From Sedimenticolaceae bacterium (GTDB lineage: Bacteria; Pseudomonadota; Gammaproteobacteria; Chromatiales; Chromatiaceae), in NCBI GenBank assembly GCA_050305975.1, contig JBNLGI010000188.1, positions 186-64,185 on the forward strand: a DNA stretch of 64,000 nt. The letters are read 5' to 3'. Every line of letters begins with the position of its first letter. The first letter of the stretch is position 1. Both the position numbers and the translations under genes were made by a program. Under the pieces are notes generated by a model. It worked only from the letters and a program-made list of their open reading frames with translations. It was not told the origin of the DNA and did not search any database. Below, one piece after another: positions 33,944 to 44,871 of the stretch.

Positions 33944-34279
33944 GGTCTGGTCCTCCAAATGACGTACTGTTTGACAAGGAACCATCCGATACCGCTGAGG
34001 GGCATAGGATGATTTTATGACTGCGCTCAAGAATGTAATGAATCGGCGGCGGCGTTTAACTGACATCGGTCAATAAACCACGATTATTTTAGGGGTAATG
34101 TGGCGGCCATCGTGTGCTGAAAGCGGCTACGATGCTGAGCAACAAGCCTTACCTCGTCTTTGAAAGGCGCAGGAAAGGTTTCGAATTCCCGGCTCGATGG
34201 CTGCCCTTTCAGCGCGATTTCGTGTTAAAAAGAGCCCTCAATCGACAGGGGACGAGAGATCCCCGTTCAGGGGTCAAAC

Positions 34280-34960
34280 ATGCGTCTGTTCACCAGCGAA
34301 CTGCCCGGCCGGCACGAACGCCACCTGCTCAGAAAGCAGGACAATCCACTCTTTCCCGAAGCCCAGAGAACCATCAGTCAGAGTGAGTTGACCGAGGCCC
34401 AGCGTCTCGATCACGAGGAGTTGGAGGCCTATATCCGGGACCTGCGCAAACTGGTCGGCGAGGCCGTTGCGCTGGGACCTCATGAACAGAGCGACGTCAT
34501 CCTCGAGCTCAAGGAACGACTCGACCAGGCCTATGAAACCGCCTGTCGCCTGGCGGACGACCAGAGCCCCAACAAGGAGGCGATCCGCAAACTGGTGGCG
34601 GTGATCATGCGCGCGGTTTGGCAAGGGGCCGGCAACGACACCCTGGCGCATCAGGAGCTGGAGCAGGAAGAGGCCGCCCGCGCGGCCCACTACGAGCTGC
34701 TGGAAACCCCGCTGGTGGCCGACCTGCTCGACCCCGAATCGCTGATTCAGGCCGATGATCTGCTGGCGGTGCTGTTGAGCGCGGAGCGGGAGGGGTTCGA
34801 GGCGGCCGTCACCCTGTTCGATCCGGGTCAGCTCAGAGCGCTGTGCGAACAGGGCGCGACGTTGAAACGGGACGGCGAGGCGCTTGATGCCCTGCCCGGC
34901 GCCCGCGAACGGCTGGCTGAGCTGGAGCAGCTGCTCTCCTCGCTCGGCGGCAACGCCTGA
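34280..34960 (+). CDS. Hypothetical alpha-helical protein (226 aa)
   Basis: Host-like codon usage, acidic helical composition; no recognised family. Confidence 0.75.
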   Translation: MRLFTSELPGRHERHLLRKQDNPLFPEAQRTISQSELTEAQRLDHEELEAYIRDLRKLVGEAVALGPHEQSDVILELKERLDQAYETACRLADDQSPNKEAIRKLVAVIMRAVWQGAGNDTLAHQELEQEEAARAAHYELLETPLVADLLDPESLIQADDLLAVLLSAEREGFEAAVTLFDPGQLRALCEQGATLKRDGEALDALPGARERLAELEQLLSSLGGNA

Positions 34961-34980
34961 GGATTGTTCCCCGCCGCGGT

Positions 34981-35442
34981 CTATTGCCGACCAAAGTGGG
35001 CGGCGATCGCCTCGGCGCACTCGCCGTTTGCGGCGTCGAACGCCACCGGCGCCCCTTGGGGGGAGATGCAGCTGATGGTCAGCAGGCGATCTTCGGTAAT
35101 GCCCACCACTCGCATCACCCGCATCGGATTGGCGCTGTAGCTGAGGTCGATCACCGCCAGCTGATGCTCACCGCGCCGTTCGTAGCGGCCGCTCGCCATG
35201 GCGTGGCTGATGCGCTCCCGGGGCGGAATGTTATTGCGGTCATAGGCCTGTTGCAGGCTGGCCTCCGCCGCCTGGCGGGTCTCCTCCACGAGCTGCTGCA
35301 GATAGCCCTGATCGAACGAGGTGTCGCTCAGGCCCGCAGCCGGCTGTTCGCTGACCTTGACGTTGGAAGGCCCCAGATCGATATCGCAGGCAGTCAGCAG
35401 CAGCAGGCTCGAACAGAGAAGAATGGGCAGAGATTTCATCAT
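34981..35442 (-). CDS. Hypothetical lipoprotein
   Basis: Lipobox LLLTAC after a short hydrophobic signal. Confidence 0.7.
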   Translation of the reverse strand: MMKSLPILLCSSLLLLTACDIDLGPSNVKVSEQPAAGLSDTSFDQGYLQQLVEETRQAAEASLQQAYDRNNIPPRERISHAMASGRYERRGEHQLAVIDLSYSANPMRVMRVVGITEDRLLTISCISPQGAPVAFDAANGECAEAIAAHFGRQ

Positions 35443-35494
35443 GGCCCGACATTCTACAGGGATAGCTCAGTGGTGCCAGCAGCGAAGCGATTTT

Positions 35495-35529
35495 GTAGCC
35501 CGGATTCCGCTAGGCTGCATCCGGGCTAC
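35495..35529. repeat. GTAG-type REP-like palindrome
   Basis: GTAGCCCGGAT-TCCGCTAGGCTGC-ATCCGGGCTAC, perfect 11-bp stem with GTAG feet. Confidence 0.7.
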
Positions 35530-35584
35530 GAGGTGGAGTGTGGCGCCGGGTCCTGCTCACACTGCTCGCTATCGGTTCCGTCCA

Positions 35585-38407
35585 TCAACCGGTATTTCTC
35601 AAGCCGGCGGAGATGGCGTTGATGGAGCGCAGCAGAGGCGTCAGCCAGAGCTCCCGCATCTCCCCGCTCAGCTCGGGATCGCGATAGCGTCGCAGCAGCC
35701 CGAGCTGGATGTGGTTGAGGGGATCCAGATAGGCATCGCGCCGGCTCAGGGACTGCTTCAGAACCGGGGTCTCGTCCAACAGGTCGTCGATCTGGGCGAT
35801 CTCCAGGATCTGCCTGCGGGTACGTCGGTATTCGCGGCGGATCTCTTCGAAGATCAGCTTGCGGGTCTCAGCGTCGGTGCAGAGCCTCGCATAGGCTTCG
35901 GCGATGGACATGTCCGACTTGAACAGGGCCATCTGGGTATTGCTCAACAGGGCGCGGAAGAAGGGCCACTCACGATACATCTTCTGCAGCTGCTTGAGGC
36001 GTCCCTTGCCCTGTCTGCGCCAGCCTTCCAGCGCCGCGCCGATGCCGTACCAGCCGGGCAGGGTCTGGCGCGCCTGGGCCCAGCCGAAGACCCAGGCGAT
36101 GGCCCGCACCGATGATTTCGAGCGGTTGCCCTTGGTGCGGTGGGAGGGGCGCGAGCCGATGTTCAACTGGCCAATCTCGCTGACCGGGGTCGATGCGTAG
36201 AAGTAGTCGAGGAAGCCCGGCGTCTGCTCGGTGAGGCGTCGGAAGTGGACCTCGCTCAGTTCCGCCATCTCCTGCATGGCGCTGACGAAGGCCTGCTGGT
36301 CGTCCTGAACGTCGCGCACCACCCCCTGGCTGGCCTTGAACAGGCCGGTGATGCCCATGGTCAGTTCGTAGATGGCGGTCTCCCGGTTGCTGTATTTGTT
36401 CGACAGCACCTCGCCCTGTTCGGTGATCTTGATCTCCCCCTTCACGGTGTTGGCCGGTTGCGCCAGGATCGAGGCGTGGGTGGGTCCGCCGCCGCGGCCG
36501 ACGGTGCCGCCGCGACCGTGAAACAGGCGGCAGCGGATACCCTGGGCCTCGGCCAGGGTGATGATCCGCTTCTGGGTCTGGTAGAGATGCCAGGCGGAGG
36601 CCATGATGCCGCCGTCCTTGGCCGAGTCGGAGTAGCCGAGCATCACCTCCTGATGGTTGTTGGAGGCCTCCAGCAGTGATTTGTAGCAGGGGCTGGAGAA
36701 GAGCGCGGCGAGGATCGACTCGCTGCGTCGCAGGTCGTCGATGGTCTCGAACAGGGGGGAGATCTCGAGCTGGCAGAACCAGCCGGTCTCGCTGCGACCG
36801 AGCAGACCGCTGAGGCTGCCGAGGAAGGCCACCTCCATGATGTGGCTGGCCTGATGGGTCATGGAGATGACGTACTGGCCGATGGCGCGGGGACTGATCT
36901 CGCGTTGGGCTTCGGCGATGAGGTCGAACACCGCCAGCACCTGGCGTGTTTGCTCTGACAGGCTCTCGCGCTGCAGTGGTTGCTCCGGGCCCTGGCTGAT
37001 CAGCCGCTCGAGCAGCGACAGCTGTTCCGCCTCGTCGAGCACGGTGTAGTCCTCGGCGGCTCCGCTCTGCTGCAGGATCTCGCTGACGGCGGCGGAGTGG
37101 ACCCCCGACTCCTGACGCACATCGAGTCGCGTCAGGTAGAAGCCGAAGGTCTCGGTCAGGTGGATCAGGTCGAGCAGACTGCCCGTGGCCGCCGCCTCGT
37201 CACCATGGCTGCGCAGGGAGGCGGAGATCAGCTTCAGATCGCGCAGGAAGGCCTGCTCGTCGCCATAGGCACCCTGGGTGTCCCCGGGCTGCTGTCCGTC
37301 GATAGCGGCTTCGGCGAGCGCCAGGTTGAGCTTGAGGCGCTGGCGCATGATGAAGAGCTTGCGCCGATAGGGTTCGTCCTCGAAGCGGCGGGGGTTGTCG
37401 CAGAGGAGTGACTCGCAGAGCCGGTTGTCGCGTTCGAGGCTTTCGCGAAAAGCCCAGTTCGGGTTGCAGAAACGGTAGGAGAAGGTGAGTTCGGAGATCA
37501 GCTCATCGACCCGGCGGACATACTCGGAGAGGATGGTCTGCTGCGACATGCGCAGGGCCAGACGTGTGACCTCGGGGGTGACGAACGGATTGCCGTCCCG
37601 GTCGCCGCCGATCCAGGAGCCGAAATGGAGGAAGGCGGGCAGCTGCACCCCGTGATAGTCGGGGTGGTCGCCGTAGATGCGCCGGATACCGGCATCGAGG
37701 CGTCGGTAGACCTGCGGCACGGCCTCGAACAGGCTGCGTTTGAAGTAGTGCAGGCCGAGCCGGATCTCGTTGCGCACCTCGGGCTTCACCGCCCTCACCT
37801 CCTCGGTCTTCCACAGGGTCTGGATCTGGGTCTTCAGCTCGCGCACCGTGTTTTCGTACTGGTTGAGGCTGCGCTTTGGCGCGTCGAGCATCTCGCTGGT
37901 GACGAAGATGCGGCGCAGCAGATTCATGACCACCAGCCGCTTCGACTCCGTGGGGTGGGCGGTGAAGACCGGGATGTAGGCGGCATCGTCGAGCAGGTCC
38001 TGCAGCTGCTGCGGATCGATATGACGCTGGCGGAAGCCGCGCAGGGTGTGGTCGAAGGAGCCCTCCCACAGCTCGCCGCCCTTGCCGGCGATGCGTCGGC
38101 GCTGGCGGTGGAGGTAGGCCTCCTCGGCGATGTTGACCAGCATGAAGTAGATGCTGAACGCCCTCACCACATCGCCCAGGGTTTCCGGCTGCAGCGATTC
38201 GATCAGCCGATCGAGCCGCTCGCTCAATCCCGGGTCGGGGCGATCGGCCAGTTTGAGGTAACCCCGTCGCAGCCGCTCGACGATGGTGAAGGCCTTCTCC
38301 CCCACCTGTTCGCGCAGGACTTCGCCGAGCAGGGTGCCGAAGAGACGCACGCGAGCGCGTAGCTCCTTGTCGTGTTTGACGCAGGCTTTGGTGAAGCTGT
38401 CGCTCAT
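35585..38407 (-). CDS. ppc: Phosphoenolpyruvate carboxylase
   Basis: VFTAHPTE, SWIGGDRDGNP, QEVMLGYSDSAKDGG, FHGRGGTVGRGGGP, C-terminal GLRNTG. Confidence 0.97.
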   Translation of the reverse strand: MSDSFTKACVKHDKELRARVRLFGTLLGEVLREQVGEKAFTIVERLRRGYLKLADRPDPGLSERLDRLIESLQPETLGDVVRAFSIYFMLVNIAEEAYLHRQRRRIAGKGGELWEGSFDHTLRGFRQRHIDPQQLQDLLDDAAYIPVFTAHPTESKRLVVMNLLRRIFVTSEMLDAPKRSLNQYENTVRELKTQIQTLWKTEEVRAVKPEVRNEIRLGLHYFKRSLFEAVPQVYRRLDAGIRRIYGDHPDYHGVQLPAFLHFGSWIGGDRDGNPFVTPEVTRLALRMSQQTILSEYVRRVDELISELTFSYRFCNPNWAFRESLERDNRLCESLLCDNPRRFEDEPYRRKLFIMRQRLKLNLALAEAAIDGQQPGDTQGAYGDEQAFLRDLKLISASLRSHGDEAAATGSLLDLIHLTETFGFYLTRLDVRQESGVHSAAVSEILQQSGAAEDYTVLDEAEQLSLLERLISQGPEQPLQRESLSEQTRQVLAVFDLIAEAQREISPRAIGQYVISMTHQASHIMEVAFLGSLSGLLGRSETGWFCQLEISPLFETIDDLRRSESILAALFSSPCYKSLLEASNNHQEVMLGYSDSAKDGGIMASAWHLYQTQKRIITLAEAQGIRCRLFHGRGGTVGRGGGPTHASILAQPANTVKGEIKITEQGEVLSNKYSNRETAIYELTMGITGLFKASQGVVRDVQDDQQAFVSAMQEMAELSEVHFRRLTEQTPGFLDYFYASTPVSEIGQLNIGSRPSHRTKGNRSKSSVRAIAWVFGWAQARQTLPGWYGIGAALEGWRRQGKGRLKQLQKMYREWPFFRALLSNTQMALFKSDMSIAEAYARLCTDAETRKLIFEEIRREYRRTRRQILEIAQIDDLLDETPVLKQSLSRRDAYLDPLNHIQLGLLRRYRDPELSGEMRELWLTPLLRSINAISAGLRNTG

Positions 38408-39005
38408 GGGTAGGTCCCGATGGTTGTCATTCTTGGTATCCTTTGTGACCCGTGCATGCCAGGTTTGGCTCCAATCGCCTTTGTATGCCCCGTGACAAGG
38501 TCCTGCACTGGTTGTTGTATTCCGGTCGTAAACAGCACGAAGCGCCGCCGATCCGTACACAGAGCCTTTCAGGTAATGCCTTTGGCGTCAATTTGCGATG
38601 CTGTCTGACCCGACCCACATCTTTGTGATCAGATCCTGGACCAGTCGGGTGTGTTTCGCCAGTTCATCTCGAGCGTTCCGCTTCAAGCATTCGGATAGAC
38701 CCCAACCCCGGGTTGGTAAGCGGTGACTGTGGCCTCCTGGATAGTGGACTAGGCGTATGTGTCGGAAGTGCTGAATTTAGAGGTTGGCAGTGGCACCGGT
38801 ACTCGAGCTATGGCTCGACACGTCACAAATCGCCTATCACGGAGCACCCCGATGGATACCGCAGGGTATGGGGTTGCAGGGAATACCGCTCGAATCCGAA
38901 GCGACGGATTTCTTGACACTTTTTTGGGCGGCGTGCCTTTGGATTCTGTGTGGTCAACACCAACGATGTTGTTATATATACAAAAATTCCAAAAAACCTA
39001 GGCTT

Positions 39006-39021
39006 TGGTATGGTTTTTGCT
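39006..39021 (+). promoter_or_regulatory. sigma54 promoter of the PEP-CTERM-like gene
   Basis: TGGTATGGTTTTTGCT, GG-N10-GC. Confidence 0.68.
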
Positions 39022-39107
39022 TTTAATCCTTGGTCCAAATAGGGTTTCATCGAGCGATCGGCTCACCGGACATTATTACTCAACATTCAGACAGGAACAC
39101 CGTAGCA

Positions 39108-39761
39108 ATGAAGCGCAGTAACTTATGGAGATTGAAGTCGCTATTACTCCTTATTGGGGTTCTGATAACAGCCCAGTCGGCAAACGCAACACCGTTGGTC
39201 TATACGTTCGAGGGGACACTGACGGCGTTCAGATCTTACAACGGAAATTATGATATCAACGACTTTGGCTTGGTAGTCGGTCGGTCCCACCTGGCTTACA
39301 GTTTTTTGATCGACTTTGACGTTGCCAGCTCCCGCCCGGGAACGTTCTATACAGAGCTGCTGAGCGGCTCTCTCATCAACGGCGACCTTGATTATCAGTA
39401 TGGTGACTTCTATCAGTATGGGTCCAGTCACCTGTTCAATGGCGTCGGCAACGGAGTGATCAGCAATTCCCCCGAGCGAGTTAAAATTTCCACCACCAGC
39501 AATGTCACGCCGGATTGGCGCGTTGAGGACTGGGTGGTCGGCCAGAGCTTCCGCTCTCAGGATCTGGGATGTTTTTCCGGTTGGGTGGGTGGCTGCGCCG
39601 TCTACGCATTTGGCGACGTCACGCTCACCGATATTACGAACCTGACGGTTGACGAGCCCCAGGCATGGCTGTTGCTCGGCTTCGGTCTGCTCTTTCTGGG
39701 CCTGGCGGGGGGGGTACGGGAATACCGTCGGGACGACAGAAACAAGATTCTTGGCGTATAA
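39108..39761 (+). CDS. Exported protein with PEP-CTERM-like sorting signal (VDEP variant)
   Basis: Signal peptide ending ANA-T; C-terminal VDEPQAWLLLGFGLLFLGLA...RR; lower GC than flanks. Confidence 0.72.
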   Translation: MKRSNLWRLKSLLLLIGVLITAQSANATPLVYTFEGTLTAFRSYNGNYDINDFGLVVGRSHLAYSFLIDFDVASSRPGTFYTELLSGSLINGDLDYQYGDFYQYGSSHLFNGVGNGVISNSPERVKISTTSNVTPDWRVEDWVVGQSFRSQDLGCFSGWVGGCAVYAFGDVTLTDITNLTVDEPQAWLLLGFGLLFLGLAGGVREYRRDDRNKILGV

Positions 39762-39870
39762 GTCGATTCTCTATATAGCGCCCGTGTATACGACACGGGC
39801 CAAGCGGTGTTTCGGCAGCCAGGGTTATCGGAATCTGCCGCATGAATGACGGTATTCCTGTGGCAAAAGG

Positions 39871-42800
39871 TTACACCAAAACCAGCTCGATGCCGTCCTT
39901 CAGTACCTGGTCGATGAAGCGCTGCTGCCACTGTTCCCCCTGCAGGCGGCGGATGGTCTCCACCACGATGTACTCCGGCTTCAGGCCGGTGTCGTCGGTG
40001 TAGCGGCTGAGGCCCTGCTGGCAGGCGGGGCAGGAGGTCAGCAGTTTGATCTCGGGGCGTTGGCCCTGGTTGGCGGCGGTGAGGTCGGCGATGCCCCGAT
40101 CGAGCTCCTCGTGCTTGCGGAAGCGCAGCTGGTTGGCGATGTCGGGACGGCTGGTGCCGAGGGTGCCCGCCTCGCCGCAACAGCGATCGCTGAGCAGTAC
40201 GCTCTTGCCGGTGATCTGGCGCACCACCTGCAGCGGGTTGTACTGCTTGATCGGGGTGTGGCAGGGGTCGTGATAGAGGTACTCGGTAGCCTGGCTGCCG
40301 TCGAGAGCCACCCCCTTCTCCAGCATGTACTCGTGGATGTCGAGCAGCCGGCAGCCGGGGAAGATCTTGCCGAACTCGTACTGCAGCAGCTGGTCCATGC
40401 AGGTGCCGCAGGAGACCAGCACGGTCTTGATGTCCATGTAGTTGAGGGTGTTGGCGATGCGGTGGAAGAGCACCCGGTTCTCGGTGGTGATCTGCCGCCC
40501 GCGGGCATGCAGGCCGGCGGCGGTCTGCGGATAACCGCAGCAGAGATAGCCGGGGGGCAGTACCGTCTCTGCCCCCAGCTCGGTGAGCATGGCCAGGGTG
40601 GCCAGTCCGATTTCGCTGTAGAGGCGCTCCGAGCCGCAGCCGGGGAAGTAGAAGACCGCGTCGCTCTCCTCGCTGACCTTGCGCGGGTTGCGCAGGATCG
40701 GCACCGATTTGGTGTCCTGCAGGTTGAGGGCGTCGCGCAGGGTCCTGGCCGGCGGCGCCACCCGGATCGGCTTCTGCACCATCTCCACCACCAGTGATTT
40801 CGCCTTGGGAGTACCGGTGGTGGAATGGGGAGGCCGCTCCTTCGGCTTCACCAGACCGGCCTTGCCGGCCAGGCTGTAGCCCAGGTTGAGTCCCTTGAAG
40901 CCCCACACCGCCATCCCCTTGCGCAGCCAGCGGATGGTGGTCGGGTTGGTGACGTTGAGAAAGGCCATGGCGGCGGCGGTGCCCAGGTTGCGCCGCTTCT
41001 TGCCGCGGTCGACCAGGATCTTGCGCATGAGTGCGGTGACGTCGCCGAAGTCGATGTTGACCGGACAGGGATTCTCGCACTTGTGGCAGACGGTGCAGTG
41101 GTCGGCCACGTCGTTCATCTCGGCGAAGTGGGCCAGGGAGACGCCGCGCCGGGTCTGCTCCTCATAGAGGAAGGCCTCGATGATGAGGCCGGTGGCGAGG
41201 ATCTTGTTACGCGGCGAGTAGAGCAGGTTGGCCCGCGGCACGTGGGTCATGCAGACCGGCTTGCACTTGCCGCAGCGCAGGCAGTGTTTGATCTCGTCGT
41301 TGAGGGTGCCGAGTTCCGACTCCTCGAGGATGATGGCCTCCTGCTCCAGCAGGCGCAGCGAGGGGGTGTAGGCGCGCTCCAGGTCGGCGCCGGCCAGCAG
41401 TTTGCCCCGGTTGAACCAGCCCTGGGGATCCACCTTCCGCTTGTAGTCGGCGAAGGCGCTGAGCTTGTCCGCATCCATGTACTGCAGCTTGGTCAGACCG
41501 ATGCCGTGCTCGCCGGAGATGGCGCCATCGAGGCTGAGGGCCAGGGCCATCACCCGGTCGACGATGCGGTCGGCCTGACGCAGCATGGCGTAGTTGTCGG
41601 AATGCACCGGAATGTTGGTGTGGACGTTGCCGTCGCCGGCGTGCATATGCAGGGCGACGAAGAGGCGCGCGTCGCGCAGCCGGGCGTGGATCTCGCGCAT
41701 GGCATGGCGCAGGCTGCGCACCTCCTGACCGGGGAAGATCTCGTCCAGGCGGGAGGCGACCTCGCGGCGGTAGGAGACCAGCAGATCGCGCCGCAGCAGC
41801 AGGTCGAGCAGGCGGTCATGCGGTTGAATCTGCGCCTGGATCTCCTCTGGCAGCAAATCGAGGTGATCCCTGGCCGGTTCCTCGATTCGCTCCAGCAGGC
41901 TTTGCCAGCGCACCCGGGCTCGGCTCACCGCCTCGCGGGCCAGATCGAGCTTGGCCTGCAGGATGGAGCGGTTCTCGTCGCTGGCTTCGAAGTCGTCGTC
42001 GGGTTTGCGCAGGGAGTGGTCGCCCGCCAGGTAGGCCAGCACCTCGTCGGCGATGGCGATCTTGTTGGCGATCGACTCCTCGATGTTGATGCGCTCGATA
42101 CCGCGGCTGTACTCGGCCAGCCGGTCGAGGGGGATGACCACGTCCTCGTTGATCTTGAAGGCGTTGGTGTGGGCCGAGATGGCGGCGGTGCGCGCGCGGT
42201 CGAGCCAGAAGTTGCGCCGCGCCTCGGGGCTGCTGGCGATGAAGGCCTCGCCCTCGCGGGCCTGGGTCATACGCACCACCTCGGCGGCGGCGGTCTCCAG
42301 CAGCAGCGCGTTCTCGCTGGCGATATCGGCCAGCAGCACCATCTTCGGCCGGTCGCTGCGCGGCGCCTTGGTGGAGTACTTGACCGCCTTGAGGTAGCGC
42401 TCGTCCAGATGCTCGAGGCCGGCCAGCAGCACCTCGTCGTGCCCGTCGAGATACTCCTTGAGTTCGACGATGGCGGGTACCGCCTTGCCGATGTCGGTGC
42501 CGAAAAACTCCAGACAGAGGGTGCGTACCTGACTCGGCATGCGGTGCAGCACGAAGCGGGCGGAGGTGATCAGACCATCGCAGCCCTCCTTCTGCACGCC
42601 CGGCAGGCCGGAGAGGAACTTGTCGGTGACGTCCTTGCCCAGCCCCAGCTTGCGGAAGGCGCTGCCGGGCATGCGCAGGATCTCGGGGTCGCCCAGCCGG
42701 GTCTTGCCGTCGCTCTGGTAGCGGCTGACGCGGAAGCTGACCTCCGCCTGGTCGTGGATCTTGCCCAGGTTGTGGTTGAGGCGTTCCACCTCCAGCCATT

Positions 42801-43728
42801 CGCCCTGGGCGGTGACCATGCGCCAACTGGCCAGGTTGTCCAGGGTGGTGCCCCAGAGCACCGCCTTCTTGCCGCCGGCGTTCATGGCAATGTTGCCGCC
42901 GATGGTGGAGGCGTCCTGGGAGGTGGGATCGACGGCGAAGGCCAGGCCTGCCGCCTCGGCGCGCTCGGATACGCGACGGGTGACCACGCCGGCGCCGGTA
43001 TGCACGGTGGGCACCCGGCCCTCGACGCCGGGCAGTTCGATCTCCTCCACCGGGCCGACCCGATCGAGCTTCTCGGTGTTGAGCACCGCTGTGTGGGGAT
43101 CGAGGGGCACCGCGCTGCCGGTGTAGCCGGTGCCGCCGCCGCGGGGGATCAGGGTCAGGCCCGACTCGATACAGGCCTTGACGATGGGCGCAATCTCCGC
43201 CTCGCTGTCGGGGGTGATGACCACGAAGGGGATCTCCACGCGCCAGTCGGTGGCGTCGGTGGCGTGGGAGACACGGGCGATGCCGCTGAAGTCCACGTTG
43301 TCGGCACGGGTCAGGCCGATCAGGTTGCGTCTGGTGCGCCGGCGCAGTTCCAGCAGTTCGTCGAAGCGGCGTTCGAAGCTGGTGACCGCGGCGCGCGCCG
43401 CCGCCAGCAGCTGCAGTGCCTGCTGGTTGCCGTTGGCCCTCAGTTCGAACTGGTCGAGGCGGTGTTTGAGGGCGTCGACCAGGGCCTTGCGCCGCTCCTC
43501 GTTGTTGAGCAGATCGTCCTGCAGATAGGGGTTGCGGGTGATGACCCACATGTCGCCCAGCACCTCGAACAGCATGCGGGCCGAGCGACCGGTGCGGCGG
43601 GTGCCGCGCAGGTCCTCGATCAGGTCCCACATCGCCTTGCCCAGGAACCGGATGACGATCTCCCGGTCAGAGAAGGAGGTGTAGTTATAGGGGATCTCGC
43701 GAATACGCGGGGTGGAATCTGTGTTCAT
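39871..43728 (-). CDS. Large FAD-linked oxidoreductase with 4Fe-4S and CCG domains (DUF3683/DUF3400 type)
   Basis: [60 protein letters not shown] motifs. Confidence 0.9.
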   Translation of the reverse strand: MNTDSTPRIREIPYNYTSFSDREIVIRFLGKAMWDLIEDLRGTRRTGRSARMLFEVLGDMWVITRNPYLQDDLLNNEERRKALVDALKHRLDQFELRANGNQQALQLLAAARAAVTSFERRFDELLELRRRTRRNLIGLTRADNVDFSGIARVSHATDATDWRVEIPFVVITPDSEAEIAPIVKACIESGLTLIPRGGGTGYTGSAVPLDPHTAVLNTEKLDRVGPVEEIELPGVEGRVPTVHTGAGVVTRRVSERAEAAGLAFAVDPTSQDASTIGGNIAMNAGGKKAVLWGTTLDNLASWRMVTAQGEWLEVERLNHNLGKIHDQAEVSFRVSRYQSDGKTRLGDPEILRMPGSAFRKLGLGKDVTDKFLSGLPGVQKEGCDGLITSARFVLHRMPSQVRTLCLEFFGTDIGKAVPAIVELKEYLDGHDEVLLAGLEHLDERYLKAVKYSTKAPRSDRPKMVLLADIASENALLLETAAAEVVRMTQAREGEAFIASSPEARRNFWLDRARTAAISAHTNAFKINEDVVIPLDRLAEYSRGIERINIEESIANKIAIADEVLAYLAGDHSLRKPDDDFEASDENRSILQAKLDLAREAVSRARVRWQSLLERIEEPARDHLDLLPEEIQAQIQPHDRLLDLLLRRDLLVSYRREVASRLDEIFPGQEVRSLRHAMREIHARLRDARLFVALHMHAGDGNVHTNIPVHSDNYAMLRQADRIVDRVMALALSLDGAISGEHGIGLTKLQYMDADKLSAFADYKRKVDPQGWFNRGKLLAGADLERAYTPSLRLLEQEAIILEESELGTLNDEIKHCLRCGKCKPVCMTHVPRANLLYSPRNKILATGLIIEAFLYEEQTRRGVSLAHFAEMNDVADHCTVCHKCENPCPVNIDFGDVTALMRKILVDRGKKRRNLGTAAAMAFLNVTNPTTIRWLRKGMAVWGFKGLNLGYSLAGKAGLVKPKERPPHSTTGTPKAKSLVVEMVQKPIRVAPPARTLRDALNLQDTKSVPILRNPRKVSEESDAVFYFPGCGSERLYSEIGLATLAMLTELGAETVLPPGYLCCGYPQTAAGLHARGRQITTENRVLFHRIANTLNYMDIKTVLVSCGTCMDQLLQYEFGKIFPGCRLLDIHEYMLEKGVALDGSQATEYLYHDPCHTPIKQYNPLQVVRQITGKSVLLSDRCCGEAGTLGTSRPDIANQLRFRKHEELDRGIADLTAANQGQRPEIKLLTSCPACQQGLSRYTDDTGLKPEYIVVETIRRLQGEQWQQRFIDQVLKDGIELVLV

Positions 43729-43871
43729 GCAAGGTGACAGTCGTGAGCGGGCCTGACGTTCCGGCCGGAAGAAACAGGCGGGGTATTGTAGCTCAATTGA
43801 TCTCGCGGCTTAATGCCAAAATGCAAATTATCGATGACGAATATCAGCGTCATTTCGCAAGGGAGAAGAGA

Positions 43872-44333
43872 ATGTCCGAGAAAAGAGTTCTGAGCCTGGG
43901 TCTGGCGGGTGCCGTACTCTTGAGCGGTATTGCATCACACCCCGTGTCTGCCGGTGAACTGGAGCGCACGCTGGATTATCGTCAGGGGGTGATGAACGTC
44001 TTCAGCTGGAACATGAAGGCCATGAGCGCCATGATGAAAGGCGAAATGCCGTACGACGCCAAAGCCTTCGCTCGACATGCGGATGATCTGGCGACCGCGG
44101 CCTCACTCGATCTGCTGGCGGGTTTTCCGGAGGACTCGGACAAGGGCGAAACCGATGCCCTGCCCGATATCTGGCTCGACTTCGAGGGTTTCACCCAGAA
44201 GCTCGACGAACTACGCGCGGCCAGCCGGAAACTCAGGGAGGTCGCCAGCAGCGGTGACAAGGCGGAGATGGGTGAGGCCCTGGGCAAGACCGGGAAGACC
44301 TGTAAAGGGTGTCACGACAGCTTCAAGGAGTGA
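43872..44333 (+). CDS. Cytochrome c' (class II cytochrome c)
   Basis: Signal peptide, YRQGVM, ALPDIW, C-terminal CKGCH. Confidence 0.9.
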   Translation: MSEKRVLSLGLAGAVLLSGIASHPVSAGELERTLDYRQGVMNVFSWNMKAMSAMMKGEMPYDAKAFARHADDLATAASLDLLAGFPEDSDKGETDALPDIWLDFEGFTQKLDELRAASRKLREVASSGDKAEMGEALGKTGKTCKGCHDSFKE

Positions 44334-44345
44334 GCCGCCAGCCGC

Positions 44346-44669
44346 TCAGGGAAAGGCCTGACCGGTCTCCTCTTCGCCGAGGATCTGTTCGATGGTGCAG
44401 GCGATTTCGTAACCACCATCGGACGTGGGGGTGCTGCGCAGCACGCTGGCGGTAGCCGACAACGGCGGTGTGATGGGATTCGCCGGTACGATATAGACCA
44501 GCAGCCGTGTCCCCGGGTTGATATCCTGGGGAGCCAGCAGCAACAGACCGGAAGCACTGAGATTCTTGACGATGCCATCGGCCATCTCCTCCGCGCCCTG
44601 GATGCGGAACTGGGCCGGGCAGTCAATGCCCATACGGTGGAAATCTCGCTTCTCGGCATACTCATTCAT
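44346..44669 (-). CDS. Stand-alone PilZ domain protein
   Basis: KRDFHR (RxxxR) and NLSASG (D/NxSxxG) c-di-GMP motifs. Confidence 0.85.
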   Translation of the reverse strand: MNEYAEKRDFHRMGIDCPAQFRIQGAEEMADGIVKNLSASGLLLLAPQDINPGTRLLVYIVPANPITPPLSATASVLRSTPTSDGGYEIACTIEQILGEEETGQAFP

Positions 44670-44871
44670 TCGCACTCTCCCGTGACTGTCGGCGTCGAGT
44701 TCCGCTGAGGATACTGTGTTCTAATGTAGCAGGAAGTGCATAGGCACACAGCGTGAAAGTGGAGGGAAAAAGGCGTTTTTTTCCTGGATTTCCAGCTGTG
44801 GTTTATGCTTGAAGTGTGAATCTCTTTAGCACACCCACGGTGTGCGATTCCGACTCGATGAGGAGTGACTC

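Noticed and set aside
35458-35480. GGGATAGCTCAGTGGT resembles a tRNA 5' end and D-arm
   Set aside because: No anticodon arm, GTTCRA T-loop or acceptor stem follows; the sequence runs into the REP palindrome.
38408-38560. N-terminal extensions in the ORF track (ppc here; also dnaA, yidC, TGase, secB, traB, HDOD)
   Set aside because: Longest-ORF artefacts; RBS position or the start of homology supports the downstream starts used.
38620-39050. Small ORFs (67-80 aa) between ppc and the PEP-CTERM-like gene
   Set aside because: Overlapping in several frames with no RBS or motif; better explained as a long regulatory region.
40825-43737. 970-aa plus-strand ORF and similar long ORFs (56971-58617, 60050-61222, 51749-52906, 19946-20971, 21390-22430, 41816-43630)
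   Set aside because: Antisense or alternate-frame shadows of well-supported GC-rich genes; no motifs or RBS.
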